Positions 1 through 9,017 of a DNA stretch of 64,000 bases are shown piece after piece. A program made the position numbers and the translations under genes. The DNA comes from an uncultured Muribaculaceae bacterium (GTDB lineage Bacteria > Bacteroidota > Bacteroidia > Bacteroidales > Muribaculaceae). Each line of letters opens with the position of its first letter. Position 1 is the first letter of the stretch. The notes below the pieces were generated by a model, which ran no database searches, was not told where the DNA came from, and was given only the letters and a program-made list of their open reading frames with translations. The stretch lies in assembly GCA_964018265.1 (NCBI GenBank), contig CAXHOY010000008.1, positions 9,605 to 73,604 on the forward strand, in the 5' to 3' direction.

Positions 1-1
1 A

Positions 2-1120
2 TCCCAGACCTTGTTTTTCCTTATCGGAGCCATGACAATTGTCGAGCTGATAGATGTCCATGGCGGCTTCACGGTCATTACAGACCATATCGCGACACGC
101 AACAAACGTCGTCTGCTATATGTGATATGCGCCACGACTTTTGTGTTTTCGGCAGTGCTCGACAACATGACGACGACTATAGTGATGATACTGCTGCTTC
201 GCAAACTTGTTTCGGATAAATATGAGCGTTGGCTATATACGGGCATGATCATCATCGCGGCCAACACGGGTGGCGCGTGGTCTCCGATCGGCGATGTGAC
301 CACAATAATGCTGTGGGTCAAGGGTAATGTTACGGCACCTGCATTGATCATGTTTGTCTTGCTGCCGAGCCTCGTCGCAATGCTGGTGCCTATGATGGGT
401 ACGGCCAAGATGCTTAAGGGCACCTTGTCGCCGATGGGAGCCGAAAGCAAGGCTGTCAGTGAGATTTCGAAGCGTGAGCGCACGACGATTTTCGCTCTCG
501 GTGTGGGCGGTCTGATATTTGTTCCCGTGTTTAAAACCATCACCCATATGCCTCCATTTGTAGGAATACTGCTCGTTTTGGCTATCCTTTGGGTGTTTAC
601 CGAAATATTCTATAACGGCAAGATGCTCGACCGCTCACGGGAGCATCGTCTGCCGAAGGTTATATCGCGCATAGACATGCCGTCGATATTGTTTTTTCTA
701 GGCATTCTGATGGCTGTTTCGGTGCTTGACGCTTCAGGCATCTTGTCTGCCACTGCAAGTTTCCTTGATGAGAAAGTCCATAACGTATATATCATCGATA
801 TACTGCTTGGCGTACTGTCGTCGATATTTGACAACGTTCCGCTGGTGGCAGGCGTAATGGGTATGTATCCTGTTGCGCTGCCTGATGCGACCGGCTATGC
901 CGCAAATTTTGTCGTTGACGGCACATTCTGGGAATTTCTCAGCTACTGTGCCGGAGTGGGTGGAAGCCTCCTCATCATCGGTTCGGCAGCCGGAGTTATC
1001 GCTATGGGACTCGAACGTATCAATTTCGGTTGGTATCTGAAACGTTTCACGTGGTTGGCCTTCCTGGGCTATATCGCGGGAGCAGCTGTCTATATTGTTG
1101 AAATAGCATTGTTGAAATAA
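2..1120 (+). CDS. nhaD: NhaD-family Na+/H+ antiporter (5'-truncated by window edge)
   Basis: Multi-TM protein with LFFLIGAMTIVE, LDNMTT, ANTGGAWSPIGDVTT and SSIFDNVPLV motifs of the NhaD/ion-transporter superfamily; frame is open back to position 2. Confidence 0.85.
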   Translation, partial: SQTLFFLIGAMTIVELIDVHGGFTVITDHIATRNKRRLLYVICATTFVFSAVLDNMTTTIVMILLLRKLVSDKYERWLYTGMIIIAANTGGAWSPIGDVTTIMLWVKGNVTAPALIMFVLLPSLVAMLVPMMGTAKMLKGTLSPMGAESKAVSEISKRERTTIFALGVGGLIFVPVFKTITHMPPFVGILLVLAILWVFTEIFYNGKMLDRSREHRLPKVISRIDMPSILFFLGILMAVSVLDASGILSATASFLDEKVHNVYIIDILLGVLSSIFDNVPLVAGVMGMYPVALPDATGYAANFVVDGTFWEFLSYCAGVGGSLLIIGSAAGVIAMGLERINFGWYLKRFTWLAFLGYIAGAAVYIVEIALLK

Positions 1121-2697
1121 TGAAAATAACTCTCCCTCGACCTATTGGCGGAGAAGCCGCTGTCGTTGAAAGCAACGGAGCGCCGGTGATAATAATCGGT
1201 GCGAACGGAGCCGGCAAATCCCGTTTTTCTGCAAATCTTGCCGAAAGCCTCGGTAATAAAGCGTTCGGGCTGTCGGCCTTACACGCATTGTATTCATCCA
1301 TGCCCTCTGAAATTATCAAGACCTCTGTCGGACGTCTGTATGCCGACTCCGGTCTCGAGATGAGGACGTCGGGTCAGATAAACGAGCTCGAATGCCTGAT
1401 GTCGCTGCTTATGCACGACGAGATGGTCAATCTGATAAATTATAAACTGTCCTCCCATAACGGGACATCGGCCGTGTTGCCTGCCACGCGACTCGATACA
1501 GTAATTGATCTATGGCAGGACATATTCCCCGGCAACCGTATTCTGATAGAGAGCGGCAGTCTGTTGTTTGGTCGCGACAGCGATCCGGACAGATATACGG
1601 CTCTACGTCTGTCGGATGGCGAACGCGCTGTCATATATTACATTGCCGGAGTGCTTTATGCGCCTGAACATTCGGCCATATTCATCAATTCGCCAGAGAT
1701 GTTCCTGCATCCGGCGATCATGCAGCCCCTTTGGTCGAGGATAGAGAGCCTGCGCCCCGACTGTCTGTTCATCTACACGACCCATGACCTTGAGTTTGCA
1801 GCGTCGCGCACCGGGGCCACAGCCGTCTGGGTGCGCGATTATGATCCGTCGTCGACAGCATGGGACTATGCGGTGCTCGACAACAGTTCGGTCATCGGCG
1901 AAGACGTCTATCAGGCGATAATCGGTGCGCGCAAACCGGTTCTCTTTATAGAGGGTGATGGCGTCCATTCGATAGATGCGAAACTATATCCACTGGTGTT
2001 CAGGGAATTCACGGTCAAATCTCTCGGCAGTTGCAATAAAGTGATCGAGGCCACGCGCTCGTTCAACGACCTTAACAGTTTCCATCATCTCGACAGCTAC
2101 GGCATAGTAGACCGGGATCGGCGTGACTCCCACGAAGTGGCTTATCTCAGGGGCAAGCGGGTGATGGTGCCCGAAGTGGCCGAAATTGAGAATATACTTA
2201 TGCTTGAAGAAGTGGTGCGCACAGTCGCTGCCAGCCGCGGTCAGAACGAGGATAAGGTTTTTGCAAAAGTCAGCAAGGCCATTATCTCGCAGTTTTCAGC
2301 AGATCTGAGACAACAGGCGCTCATGCATACCCGACATAGGGTCAAACGCACGGTGGAATATCGTATAGACGGTCGTTTCAACAGCATCAATATGCTTGAG
2401 GAGCATATCAGACGTCTTGTCGACGAGATACGTCCCCGTCAGACATATGAAGAGCTTTGCCGCGAGTTTCACGGTTATGTCGAAAGCGGCGATTATGCAT
2501 CTGTCTTGAAGGTCTATAATCAGAAATCCATGATTCCGTCGAGCAATGTGCCTCAATTGTGCGGACTCAAGAACAAAGAGGAATATGTGGCTGCTGTAAT
2601 AGCCTTGTTGCGCCATGACAGCCCTGAGTCGAGGCGCATACGCAATGCGGTCAAGACCTGTTTCGGCCTTGAGGATACGATTGATGATATCGGTTGA
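1120..2697 (+). CDS. ABC-type (AAA_21-like) ATPase fused to DUF4435/TOPRIM-like nuclease domain
   Basis: Walker A GANGAGKS, signature LSDGE, Walker B-position IFINSPE, H-loop TTHD, then TOPRIM-like VLFIEGD and GIVDRD (DxD); ATG overlaps the nhaD stop (TAATG). Confidence 0.75.
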   Translation: MKITLPRPIGGEAAVVESNGAPVIIIGANGAGKSRFSANLAESLGNKAFGLSALHALYSSMPSEIIKTSVGRLYADSGLEMRTSGQINELECLMSLLMHDEMVNLINYKLSSHNGTSAVLPATRLDTVIDLWQDIFPGNRILIESGSLLFGRDSDPDRYTALRLSDGERAVIYYIAGVLYAPEHSAIFINSPEMFLHPAIMQPLWSRIESLRPDCLFIYTTHDLEFAASRTGATAVWVRDYDPSSTAWDYAVLDNSSVIGEDVYQAIIGARKPVLFIEGDGVHSIDAKLYPLVFREFTVKSLGSCNKVIEATRSFNDLNSFHHLDSYGIVDRDRRDSHEVAYLRGKRVMVPEVAEIENILMLEEVVRTVAASRGQNEDKVFAKVSKAIISQFSADLRQQALMHTRHRVKRTVEYRIDGRFNSINMLEEHIRRLVDEIRPRQTYEELCREFHGYVESGDYASVLKVYNQKSMIPSSNVPQLCGLKNKEEYVAAVIALLRHDSPESRRIRNAVKTCFGLEDTIDDIG

Positions 2698-2726
2698 TAT
2701 CCTCTGTAATGGTGACAGGCTAATTG

Positions 2727-3629
2727 TCAGAAACCTATATACTCGGTTGGATTTGTAGCCGAGCCTTTGTGCCACAGTTCAAATCCGAAGATCTTGCCTT
2801 TGCCGGAGTGACCGATGCGTTCGCCGGCTCTGACTTTCGATCCCTGATGGGTGAAGGTCTCTGAGAGCCCATGATAGATTGAGATAAAATCGTTGGGGTG
2901 TTGTATGACTACAGTATAGCGTCCGTCTTCTTCGGGATACATGCCGATGACTGTGCCTCGGTATGTTGCCGATATGGCAAGCAGACCGGGCTCTGCAAAT
3001 TCAACCATGGTGTCGTCGTGGCTGAGCGCTGCATCGTCGACCGCTCCGTCGACGGGAGAGTAGAAGGCCATGCTTTCAGCTGCGATCGGGGTCAGCACAG
3101 AGAGATTGAAACGCTCGGCAGCTTCATATTGCTGCACAAAGCGACGTTCGGCGTCAGATGATTGCAGCATTGAGTCGGTCTGCGCACTTGTGAACTCTGT
3201 CAGAGGCCTGCTCCTGTCATTTGTCTCGTCGAGATTGGCGCTCTCATCAGTCAGCATGGCTTTCAGATTTAGCAGGTAGCGGTCGTTGGCGAGATTGCGC
3301 TGCTCGAGAGAGTCGAGTTTGAGAGCCATGTCGACATATCGTGAGCGCAGGTCTCCTTCGAGCCGGCCGGGCAGAAGTTTGCGCACCGGTGAGAAGAAAA
3401 GTATGACAAACATCAAGGCTCCGATTGAGGCTATTATGGTTGCGGCGAATATGAAAACACGCGCACGGCTGAATCTTATGGTCCAGACACGGTTGAACGT
3501 GTTTTCTGCTATGAAATCGAGACGGTAGCGTCGCGGGTTGGAAAATTCGGTCTGCGTGCGACGACCGAACAGCATTGAGATGCTGTCGGTCCAGCCTTTG
3601 AGATATTTTGACAGACGGTCAGAATTCAT
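2727..3629 (-). CDS. M23/LytM-family protein, probably catalytically inactive
   Basis: N-terminal TM helix, coiled segment, C-terminal LytM fold (VVIQHPNDFISIY, KVRAGERIG, FELWHKG..NPTEY); Zn-ligand HxxxD/HxH motifs not seen. Confidence 0.7.
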   Translation of the reverse strand: MNSDRLSKYLKGWTDSISMLFGRRTQTEFSNPRRYRLDFIAENTFNRVWTIRFSRARVFIFAATIIASIGALMFVILFFSPVRKLLPGRLEGDLRSRYVDMALKLDSLEQRNLANDRYLLNLKAMLTDESANLDETNDRSRPLTEFTSAQTDSMLQSSDAERRFVQQYEAAERFNLSVLTPIAAESMAFYSPVDGAVDDAALSHDDTMVEFAEPGLLAISATYRGTVIGMYPEEDGRYTVVIQHPNDFISIYHGLSETFTHQGSKVRAGERIGHSGKGKIFGFELWHKGSATNPTEYIGF

Positions 3630-3995
3630 AGTGAGCGGACGAACAGAAACAGATGTCGAAAAACTTTCGTGAGGTTAAAATCATTCATTGTTCTGTTCGG
3701 ATATTTGCAATGGATGATTCGTAGGTCTCACTTATCACAAAATTATATATTCTCGATTTAACTGCAAAATTATTTTTGCCATCCACTTTTGAGATATGCA
3801 CGTTCATATGCGCGGATGAACGGATGCAAACCAAATTTTTTTTCTTTTTTTGAACAATGCTTGTTAACACGTGTTATCATTACATAGCGGTGACAAAACG
3901 GTTACATCAAAAATGAGCACACCATCGTTTGACACTGTTTGTTTATGAGAATTCAAAAAAAAGAAAATAAGTCTAACAACAAAAACTCAAGAGAA

Positions 3996-5201
3996 ATGAA
4001 AAAGAACGTGCTTTGGTCTTTCGCTGCATGCAGCGCATGCCTATTACCCGCAGTCACTGCTAACGCACAGGAAACAGTCGTAGTGGAAGAAGAAACAGTG
4101 GTGGCAACTGAAGTGCCCTGCAAGACTCATTATTATTCGACATCTCGTGACAACTGGTTTATTCAGGTAGGTGCCGGCATCGCTTCTCCTTTCTTTGAAA
4201 ATTCGCGTAACGATGGAGGCGATGATCACCGTCAGATTTCAGTCAACTACAATTTCGCTTTCGGCAAATATATCTCACCTTATCTGGCATGGCGCGTAAG
4301 CTTCCTTGGAGGTCCGCTTCATTATAACGACGGAGGTTTCGAAAAAATGAAGTATGTCAATGCCAATGTCGACTTCATGTGGGATATGCTTAACTCACTC
4401 GGCGGAGTCAACACAAAACGCGTCTTCTCTATTGTCCCGTTTGTCGGTCTTGGTGGAACATTCACATGGGATTACACTCAGGATGGCGGCATCATAGGCC
4501 ACGACGGCAAGCCTAAAGGCAACTCATGGACTCTTCCGGTGTCGGCCGGCATACAGTTCAACTTCCGTCTTGGCAAATATGTAGACTTCTTCCTCGAAGG
4601 ACGCGGTCAGTTCTATGGTGACAACTTCAACAACCATGCATATGGACGTCCAATCGATATAAATCTTACTGCAACAGGCGGTTTCATCTTCAAGATCGGT
4701 GGTGACGACTTCAAGTCTTACAATCCCTGTGACTATCTTGGATATATCAGCAATCTCAACAATCAAGTCAACGATCTCCGCGGAGCTCTTGCCACTACAA
4801 GTGCAGCTCTCGCAGCAGCCGAGGCTCAGCTTCCTTGCCCCGAAGTACAGGAAACAGTGGTTGTCGAACAAGCAGCTCCTCTGATGTCAACCGTCCGCTT
4901 CATGCTCAACTCTTCACGCATCAGCGATATGGAAATGGTCAATGTCTACAACACAGCCGAATATCTTAAGGCCAACCCCGGTCAGAAAGTGGTTATCGCA
5001 GGCTATGCTGACAAAGACACCGGCACAAGCAGCTATAACATGGATCTTTCGAAACGCCGTGCTGAGGCCGTCAAGAAAGCACTGGTTGAAAAATATGGCA
5101 TCTCGGCCGACCGCCTCTCAGTGCAGGCCGAAGGCAGCAACTCTCAGCCTTATGACGAAAACAACTGGAACCGTATCGTAATCTTCTCGGTTGCAGAATA
5201 A
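3996..5201 (+). CDS. OmpA-family outer membrane protein
   Basis: Signal peptide from MKKNVLW (preferred start 3996; the track starts at 3939), beta-barrel region, C-terminal OmpA domain (GYADKDTG..YNMDLSKRRAEAV, NRIV). Confidence 0.9.
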   Translation: MKKNVLWSFAACSACLLPAVTANAQETVVVEEETVVATEVPCKTHYYSTSRDNWFIQVGAGIASPFFENSRNDGGDDHRQISVNYNFAFGKYISPYLAWRVSFLGGPLHYNDGGFEKMKYVNANVDFMWDMLNSLGGVNTKRVFSIVPFVGLGGTFTWDYTQDGGIIGHDGKPKGNSWTLPVSAGIQFNFRLGKYVDFFLEGRGQFYGDNFNNHAYGRPIDINLTATGGFIFKIGGDDFKSYNPCDYLGYISNLNNQVNDLRGALATTSAALAAAEAQLPCPEVQETVVVEQAAPLMSTVRFMLNSSRISDMEMVNVYNTAEYLKANPGQKVVIAGYADKDTGTSSYNMDLSKRRAEAVKKALVEKYGISADRLSVQAEGSNSQPYDENNWNRIVIFSVAE

Positions 5202-5239
5202 AGAAACTCTTTTCTCTACCCCATAACTCATAATTTCTG

Positions 5240-5280
5240 ACAGGGACCGCGACGTGAGTCAGCGGTCCCTGTTACGTTTT
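5240..5280 (+). terminator. Intrinsic terminator after ompA-like gene
   Basis: ACAGGGACCGC / GCGGTCCCTGT stem followed by TACGTTTT. Confidence 0.75.
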
Positions 5281-5349
5281 AATGGCTGTCGTCAGTCCGT
5301 AACTGTCGGCTATGGATGAAAATGATTTGTGTATGATTGCAGAAAGTCT

Positions 5350-5357
5350 TATTTTTG
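5350..5357 (+). promoter_or_regulatory. Bacteroidetes -7 promoter element (TATTTTTG)
   Basis: Matches TAnnTTTG just upstream of ATGs at 5368/5383; argues against the track start at 5329. Confidence 0.55.
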
Positions 5358-5382
5358 TAAAAAAATAATGATATCAATTACA

Positions 5383-6423
5383 ATGAACAGAATTTTAAAA
5401 ACGGCGATCGCAATGATGGCCATGTGTGGAGGAGTGTTGGGCGCCTCTGCCGCCGATCCATATAAAGTCAGCGTCAAACTTACTGATGACGAAGAGGGCG
5501 CGATGGTATTTCTGACTGATTTTGACAAATCATCGAAGATTGACTCAGCTCTTGTTGTCGATAAAGAAGTAGTGTTTACCGGTGAGATTGATGAGCCTGT
5601 GCTTGCTCAGCTTGTCATTGACATGCGCGGCGCCGGCACTTTCGTTCTCGAATCCGGCTCTATAGTCGTTGACAAGACTAAGCGCAAGGCATTCGGAAGT
5701 ATGCTGAACGACCAACTGAACGAATACTTTGAAAAGGTCAAGGCTTTGTCAGACCGCTTGCAAACGGCAGGCAATGATTCGATTCAGAACGCAATTTTCG
5801 AAGAGTATGTGGATCTTAACAAATCATCTCTGGCTGAAAATGCGGACAATCCTCTCGGCCTCTATTATTTCATGCAGCTCAATTCCTATCTCAGTCCTGA
5901 CGAATTTTTCGGATTGCTTGACAAATATCCTTCGTTAAAGTCATTCAATTATGTGAATAAGGTATTTGGAATTCAGAGCAACAGGGCGGCAACCAAGCCC
6001 GGCACGATGTTCCGTGACTTTGAAGTGACTTACGAAGGCAAGGAATCACGTCTGAGCGACTATGTAGGCAAAGGCAAATATGTCCTTGTCGATTATTGGG
6101 CAAGCTGGTGTGTTCCGTGCATCCGACAGATCCCTGTATTGAAAGAGTTGCTTGCGGAGTTTGGCGACAAAGGCCTCGAAGTGCTCGGAGTCGCTGTGTG
6201 GAATAAACCTGAGGACACATTGAAAGCTATCGAATCACATGGCATCACATGGCCGTGTATCATCAATGCCCAGCACATACCGACAGACATATACGGCATC
6301 AGCGGCATCCCATGTATCATTCTTTATGGTCCTGACGGCAAAATACTCAGCCGCGACAAGCAAGGAGACGAACTGAAAGCCGATGTACGTGCGGCCTTTG
6401 CCGGAACGTTAAAAGTCGATTGA
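5383..6423 (+). CDS. TlpA/AhpC-TSA family thiol-disulfide oxidoreductase with DUF4369-like N-terminus
   Basis: Signal peptide; thioredoxin motif DYWASWCVPC; GISGIPCIILYGPDGKI; start 5368 or 5383. Confidence 0.85.
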   Translation: MNRILKTAIAMMAMCGGVLGASAADPYKVSVKLTDDEEGAMVFLTDFDKSSKIDSALVVDKEVVFTGEIDEPVLAQLVIDMRGAGTFVLESGSIVVDKTKRKAFGSMLNDQLNEYFEKVKALSDRLQTAGNDSIQNAIFEEYVDLNKSSLAENADNPLGLYYFMQLNSYLSPDEFFGLLDKYPSLKSFNYVNKVFGIQSNRAATKPGTMFRDFEVTYEGKESRLSDYVGKGKYVLVDYWASWCVPCIRQIPVLKELLAEFGDKGLEVLGVAVWNKPEDTLKAIESHGITWPCIINAQHIPTDIYGISGIPCIILYGPDGKILSRDKQGDELKADVRAAFAGTLKVD

Positions 6424-7544
6424 CGTCAGTCATGCAGCCTTTTCTGAAATGGGCGGGCGGCAAAGAGAAAGAACTCAAACACATAGTCCCCGCATTGCCG
6501 GAGGACTATGTTGATTTTTATGAACCCTTTGTCGGCGGCGGTTCTGTTTTTGCCGCTTTGGAGGCCCGCCACAGCTATATCAATGATTTGTCAGACGAAT
6601 TGACGTCGTTCTACCGCATGGTGGCGCGTCACGATGCCCAATTTTTTGACGTCGTACGTCTTATCGACCGGGCATGGTCGGAGGCAGACCGTTTTTTTGA
6701 CAACTCACCGCGCCTATGTGAAATCTATGCATCCTTTCGCAGCGATGCCATAGACAAACGTGGCCTTGACGAAGCGATAGCCGGATTTTGTGAGGCAAAC
6801 CGCGGACGCATTATCGGAATCATCGACATGCGACTTGCCTTGGATCCTGAACGGCTTATAGCCGAACTCGGCCGGAATTTGAGTCGGAAACTGGTTAGGA
6901 TGAAGGATTTGGAGCGAAAAAAGCATTTGCTCCCAGACAGCGACATACGAGCCAATCTTCTCACGGCTGTCAAAAGTTCGCTCTACATGTATTTCCGCAG
7001 CCTGTATAACCGCCGCGATCTGTTGGCTCATGATCCGGCGCTTGGCGTGGCGCTGTTTCTGTTCATTCGCAATTATTGCTATAGCGGCATGTTCCGTTAC
7101 AACAATGCCGGTGAATTCAATGTGCCTTATGGCGGCATAGCATATAATGCCAAGTCAATGAAGCGTAAGATTGACTATTATGAGTCGCGCGAGGTGGCTG
7201 ACAGGATGATGCATACGACAATCTGTAACCTGGATTTTGAGCAATTTTTCATTGAAAATCAGCCCGGTCCGGCCGATTTTGTGTTCCTTGACCCGCCTTA
7301 TGACAGTGAGTTCAGCACATATGCCGGCAATGACTTCACACACGATGACCAGAGGCGCCTGGCAGACTATCTCATCAACCGATGTCAGGCAAGATGGATG
7401 CTTGTCATCAAACACACCGATTTTATCTATGGTCTCTATAATGTGCCAGGCATCAACATCCGGCGATTTGATAAAGAATATTTAGTCAGTTTCATGAACC
7501 GCAACGACCGCGCGGCCGTCCATCTTCTGATAACAAATTACTGA
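6420..7544 (+). CDS. Dam-family (D12-class) N6-adenine DNA methyltransferase
   Basis: PFLKWAGGK, YEPFVGGGSV (motif I), FRYNNAGEFNVPYG, catalytic FLDPPY; TTG start overlaps the upstream TGA, alternative ATG at 6432; specificity not inferable. Confidence 0.9.
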   Translation: MTSVMQPFLKWAGGKEKELKHIVPALPEDYVDFYEPFVGGGSVFAALEARHSYINDLSDELTSFYRMVARHDAQFFDVVRLIDRAWSEADRFFDNSPRLCEIYASFRSDAIDKRGLDEAIAGFCEANRGRIIGIIDMRLALDPERLIAELGRNLSRKLVRMKDLERKKHLLPDSDIRANLLTAVKSSLYMYFRSLYNRRDLLAHDPALGVALFLFIRNYCYSGMFRYNNAGEFNVPYGGIAYNAKSMKRKIDYYESREVADRMMHTTICNLDFEQFFIENQPGPADFVFLDPPYDSEFSTYAGNDFTHDDQRRLADYLINRCQARWMLVIKHTDFIYGLYNVPGINIRRFDKEYLVSFMNRNDRAAVHLLITNY

Positions 7545-7548
7545 TTAT

Positions 7549-8295
7549 ATGTCATGGAAAAAACTCACTGAGAATGATCTCGTCATACCTGTTATCGCAT
7601 ATCTTAAATCAAACGGTGGTTTTGCTGAAATCCGTCAGGTTAGAGATTATATACTTGCTACATATCCGCTGTCGGACAAGGACATAAAAATGTCAAAAAG
7701 ACGGCCGGGGGAGCATATGTTCGAACAACAGATACGCAATCTGACCTCCCATCATAAATTCGAAAAACTTGGTGTGGCTGATGCAGTCGATGGCGGATTC
7801 AGGCTTCGCGAAACAGCTGCAAAATTGATTGAAACAAGTCCTGAGTGGTTTTTTGAATATTTGTCGAGTGGATTGCGCGCTGATGTAATCAGACGTGAAA
7901 TCGAGTCTGTCGACTCAGGCAGGCGTCGTTTGAGCCTTGATGAAAGGGTCAATGAAGGCGAGAAAAAGACAGTTGAGTCAGTCATGCGTCGCTCACCTTC
8001 TTCAAAACTGAGGGATGCGGCCATTGAGAAATTCTCAAAAGACGGAGTAATCGCATGTTGCTGTTGCGGCATGACTTTTGAAGGAGTATATGGCGAGGCT
8101 TTTGGCCGCGATTGTATAGAAATCCATCATAAAAAACCGCTGTCGATGTATGATGACGCCGATCTTGGTCTTGAAATCAGAGAAGCACTTAAAAATGTAA
8201 TTCCGGTCTGTCCCAATTGCCACCGCGTCATACATCGCAATAAATTGTTTTCGGACAATGCCCTGCGCAAACTGCGTAAAATTTTAAAAAGATGA
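7549..8295 (+). CDS. HNH endonuclease with N-terminal Mrr_N-like winged-helix domain
   Basis: C-terminal McrA-type HNH: CCCCGMTF...IEIHHKKPL...NVIPVCPNCHRVIH; N-terminus (LVIPVIAYL..GG..V.D......LS..D.......G...FE..I) resembles Mrr N-terminal domains; visibly AT-richer than neighbours. Confidence 0.8.
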   Translation: MSWKKLTENDLVIPVIAYLKSNGGFAEIRQVRDYILATYPLSDKDIKMSKRRPGEHMFEQQIRNLTSHHKFEKLGVADAVDGGFRLRETAAKLIETSPEWFFEYLSSGLRADVIRREIESVDSGRRRLSLDERVNEGEKKTVESVMRRSPSSKLRDAAIEKFSKDGVIACCCCGMTFEGVYGEAFGRDCIEIHHKKPLSMYDDADLGLEIREALKNVIPVCPNCHRVIHRNKLFSDNALRKLRKILKR

Positions 8296-8323
8296 TTGAT
8301 ATTATCTGGGGGTTATAATAATA

Positions 8324-8734
8324 TTAGAGTGTCTTGCTGATTTTCAGTACGCCGCGTATTGCCGGCGGGGCTGTGAAGTAAGCGACCCATACGCCTGTCC
8401 AGTCGGCGACGAGATCGAGTAATTCGCCTGAGCGCCCGTTGTCCATCAGCATTTGTCCGATTTCATCTAAACCACCGAAAACCATCACTCCCACAGCCAC
8501 GGCAAGCATCGTGCGTCGTGTGACAATCCGCGAGCGGTCGGCTCTCTGAAGGTCGAATATAATCGCGCTGAAGAATCCACCCATCATTATTGCATGGATC
8601 AGTTTGTCGATGTGTGGTATCGGGGGGATTTCATTGGCTCCGAGCGGGCTTTGACAGAGTGTCGCGTAGAGGATTACCGCCAGGACGATTGCGCTTGGCC
8701 AAAAAAGGCGTATGAGTCCGGTGAGTCTATTCAT
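8324..8734 (-). CDS. VanZ-family membrane protein
   Basis: IPHIDKLIHAIM, LDEIGQ, RSGELLDLVADWTG motifs; preferred start MNRLTG at 8734. Confidence 0.8.
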   Translation of the reverse strand: MNRLTGLIRLFWPSAIVLAVILYATLCQSPLGANEIPPIPHIDKLIHAIMMGGFFSAIIFDLQRADRSRIVTRRTMLAVAVGVMVFGGLDEIGQMLMDNGRSGELLDLVADWTGVWVAYFTAPPAIRGVLKISKTL

Positions 8735-9017
8735 TGATTGGTTCGTCAAGATAATCACGGCCTGTCGGCTCTCGGTCGATGGCCTTATGAATTTTTGCTT
8801 TTCTTGTTTTCTTTTCGGTCTTTACGGCCGGCACTGCCTGTTTGCTGTCGATCAGTGAACTGATGCTGTCGGTAGCGGCTGTCTCTGGTCTGGCCGCAGT
8901 TGTTTGTCTGTCGCAAGATCGTGCGAGAAGAACAGCTGCAAGGAGCGCGGCAACACACAGCAAAACAGTAAGTGAGGCAATTTCGGCAGCGTTGTATTTC
9001 AGTTTCGGCAGTCTCAT
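8727..9017 (-). CDS. Small single-TM hypothetical protein
   Basis: One hydrophobic helix plus a basic/polar tail; ATGA overlap with the upstream transporter stop and overlap with the vanZ start. Confidence 0.65.
   Translation of the reverse strand: MRLPKLKYNAAEIASLTVLLCVAALLAAVLLARSCDRQTTAARPETAATDSISSLIDSKQAVPAVKTEKKTRKAKIHKAIDREPTGRDYLDEPINE

Noticed and set aside
3939-3995. Longer ORF-track starts (3939, 5329, 10456, 14854, 22880, 45177, 54276, 60126)
   Set aside because: They extend upstream of signal peptides or conserved N-termini and, where a -7 box was found, across it; shorter starts were used
6420-7544. Assigning GATC specificity or the gene symbol dam
   Set aside because: Family motifs do not fix the target, the TRD region has a large insert, and GATC frequency in the window is uninformative
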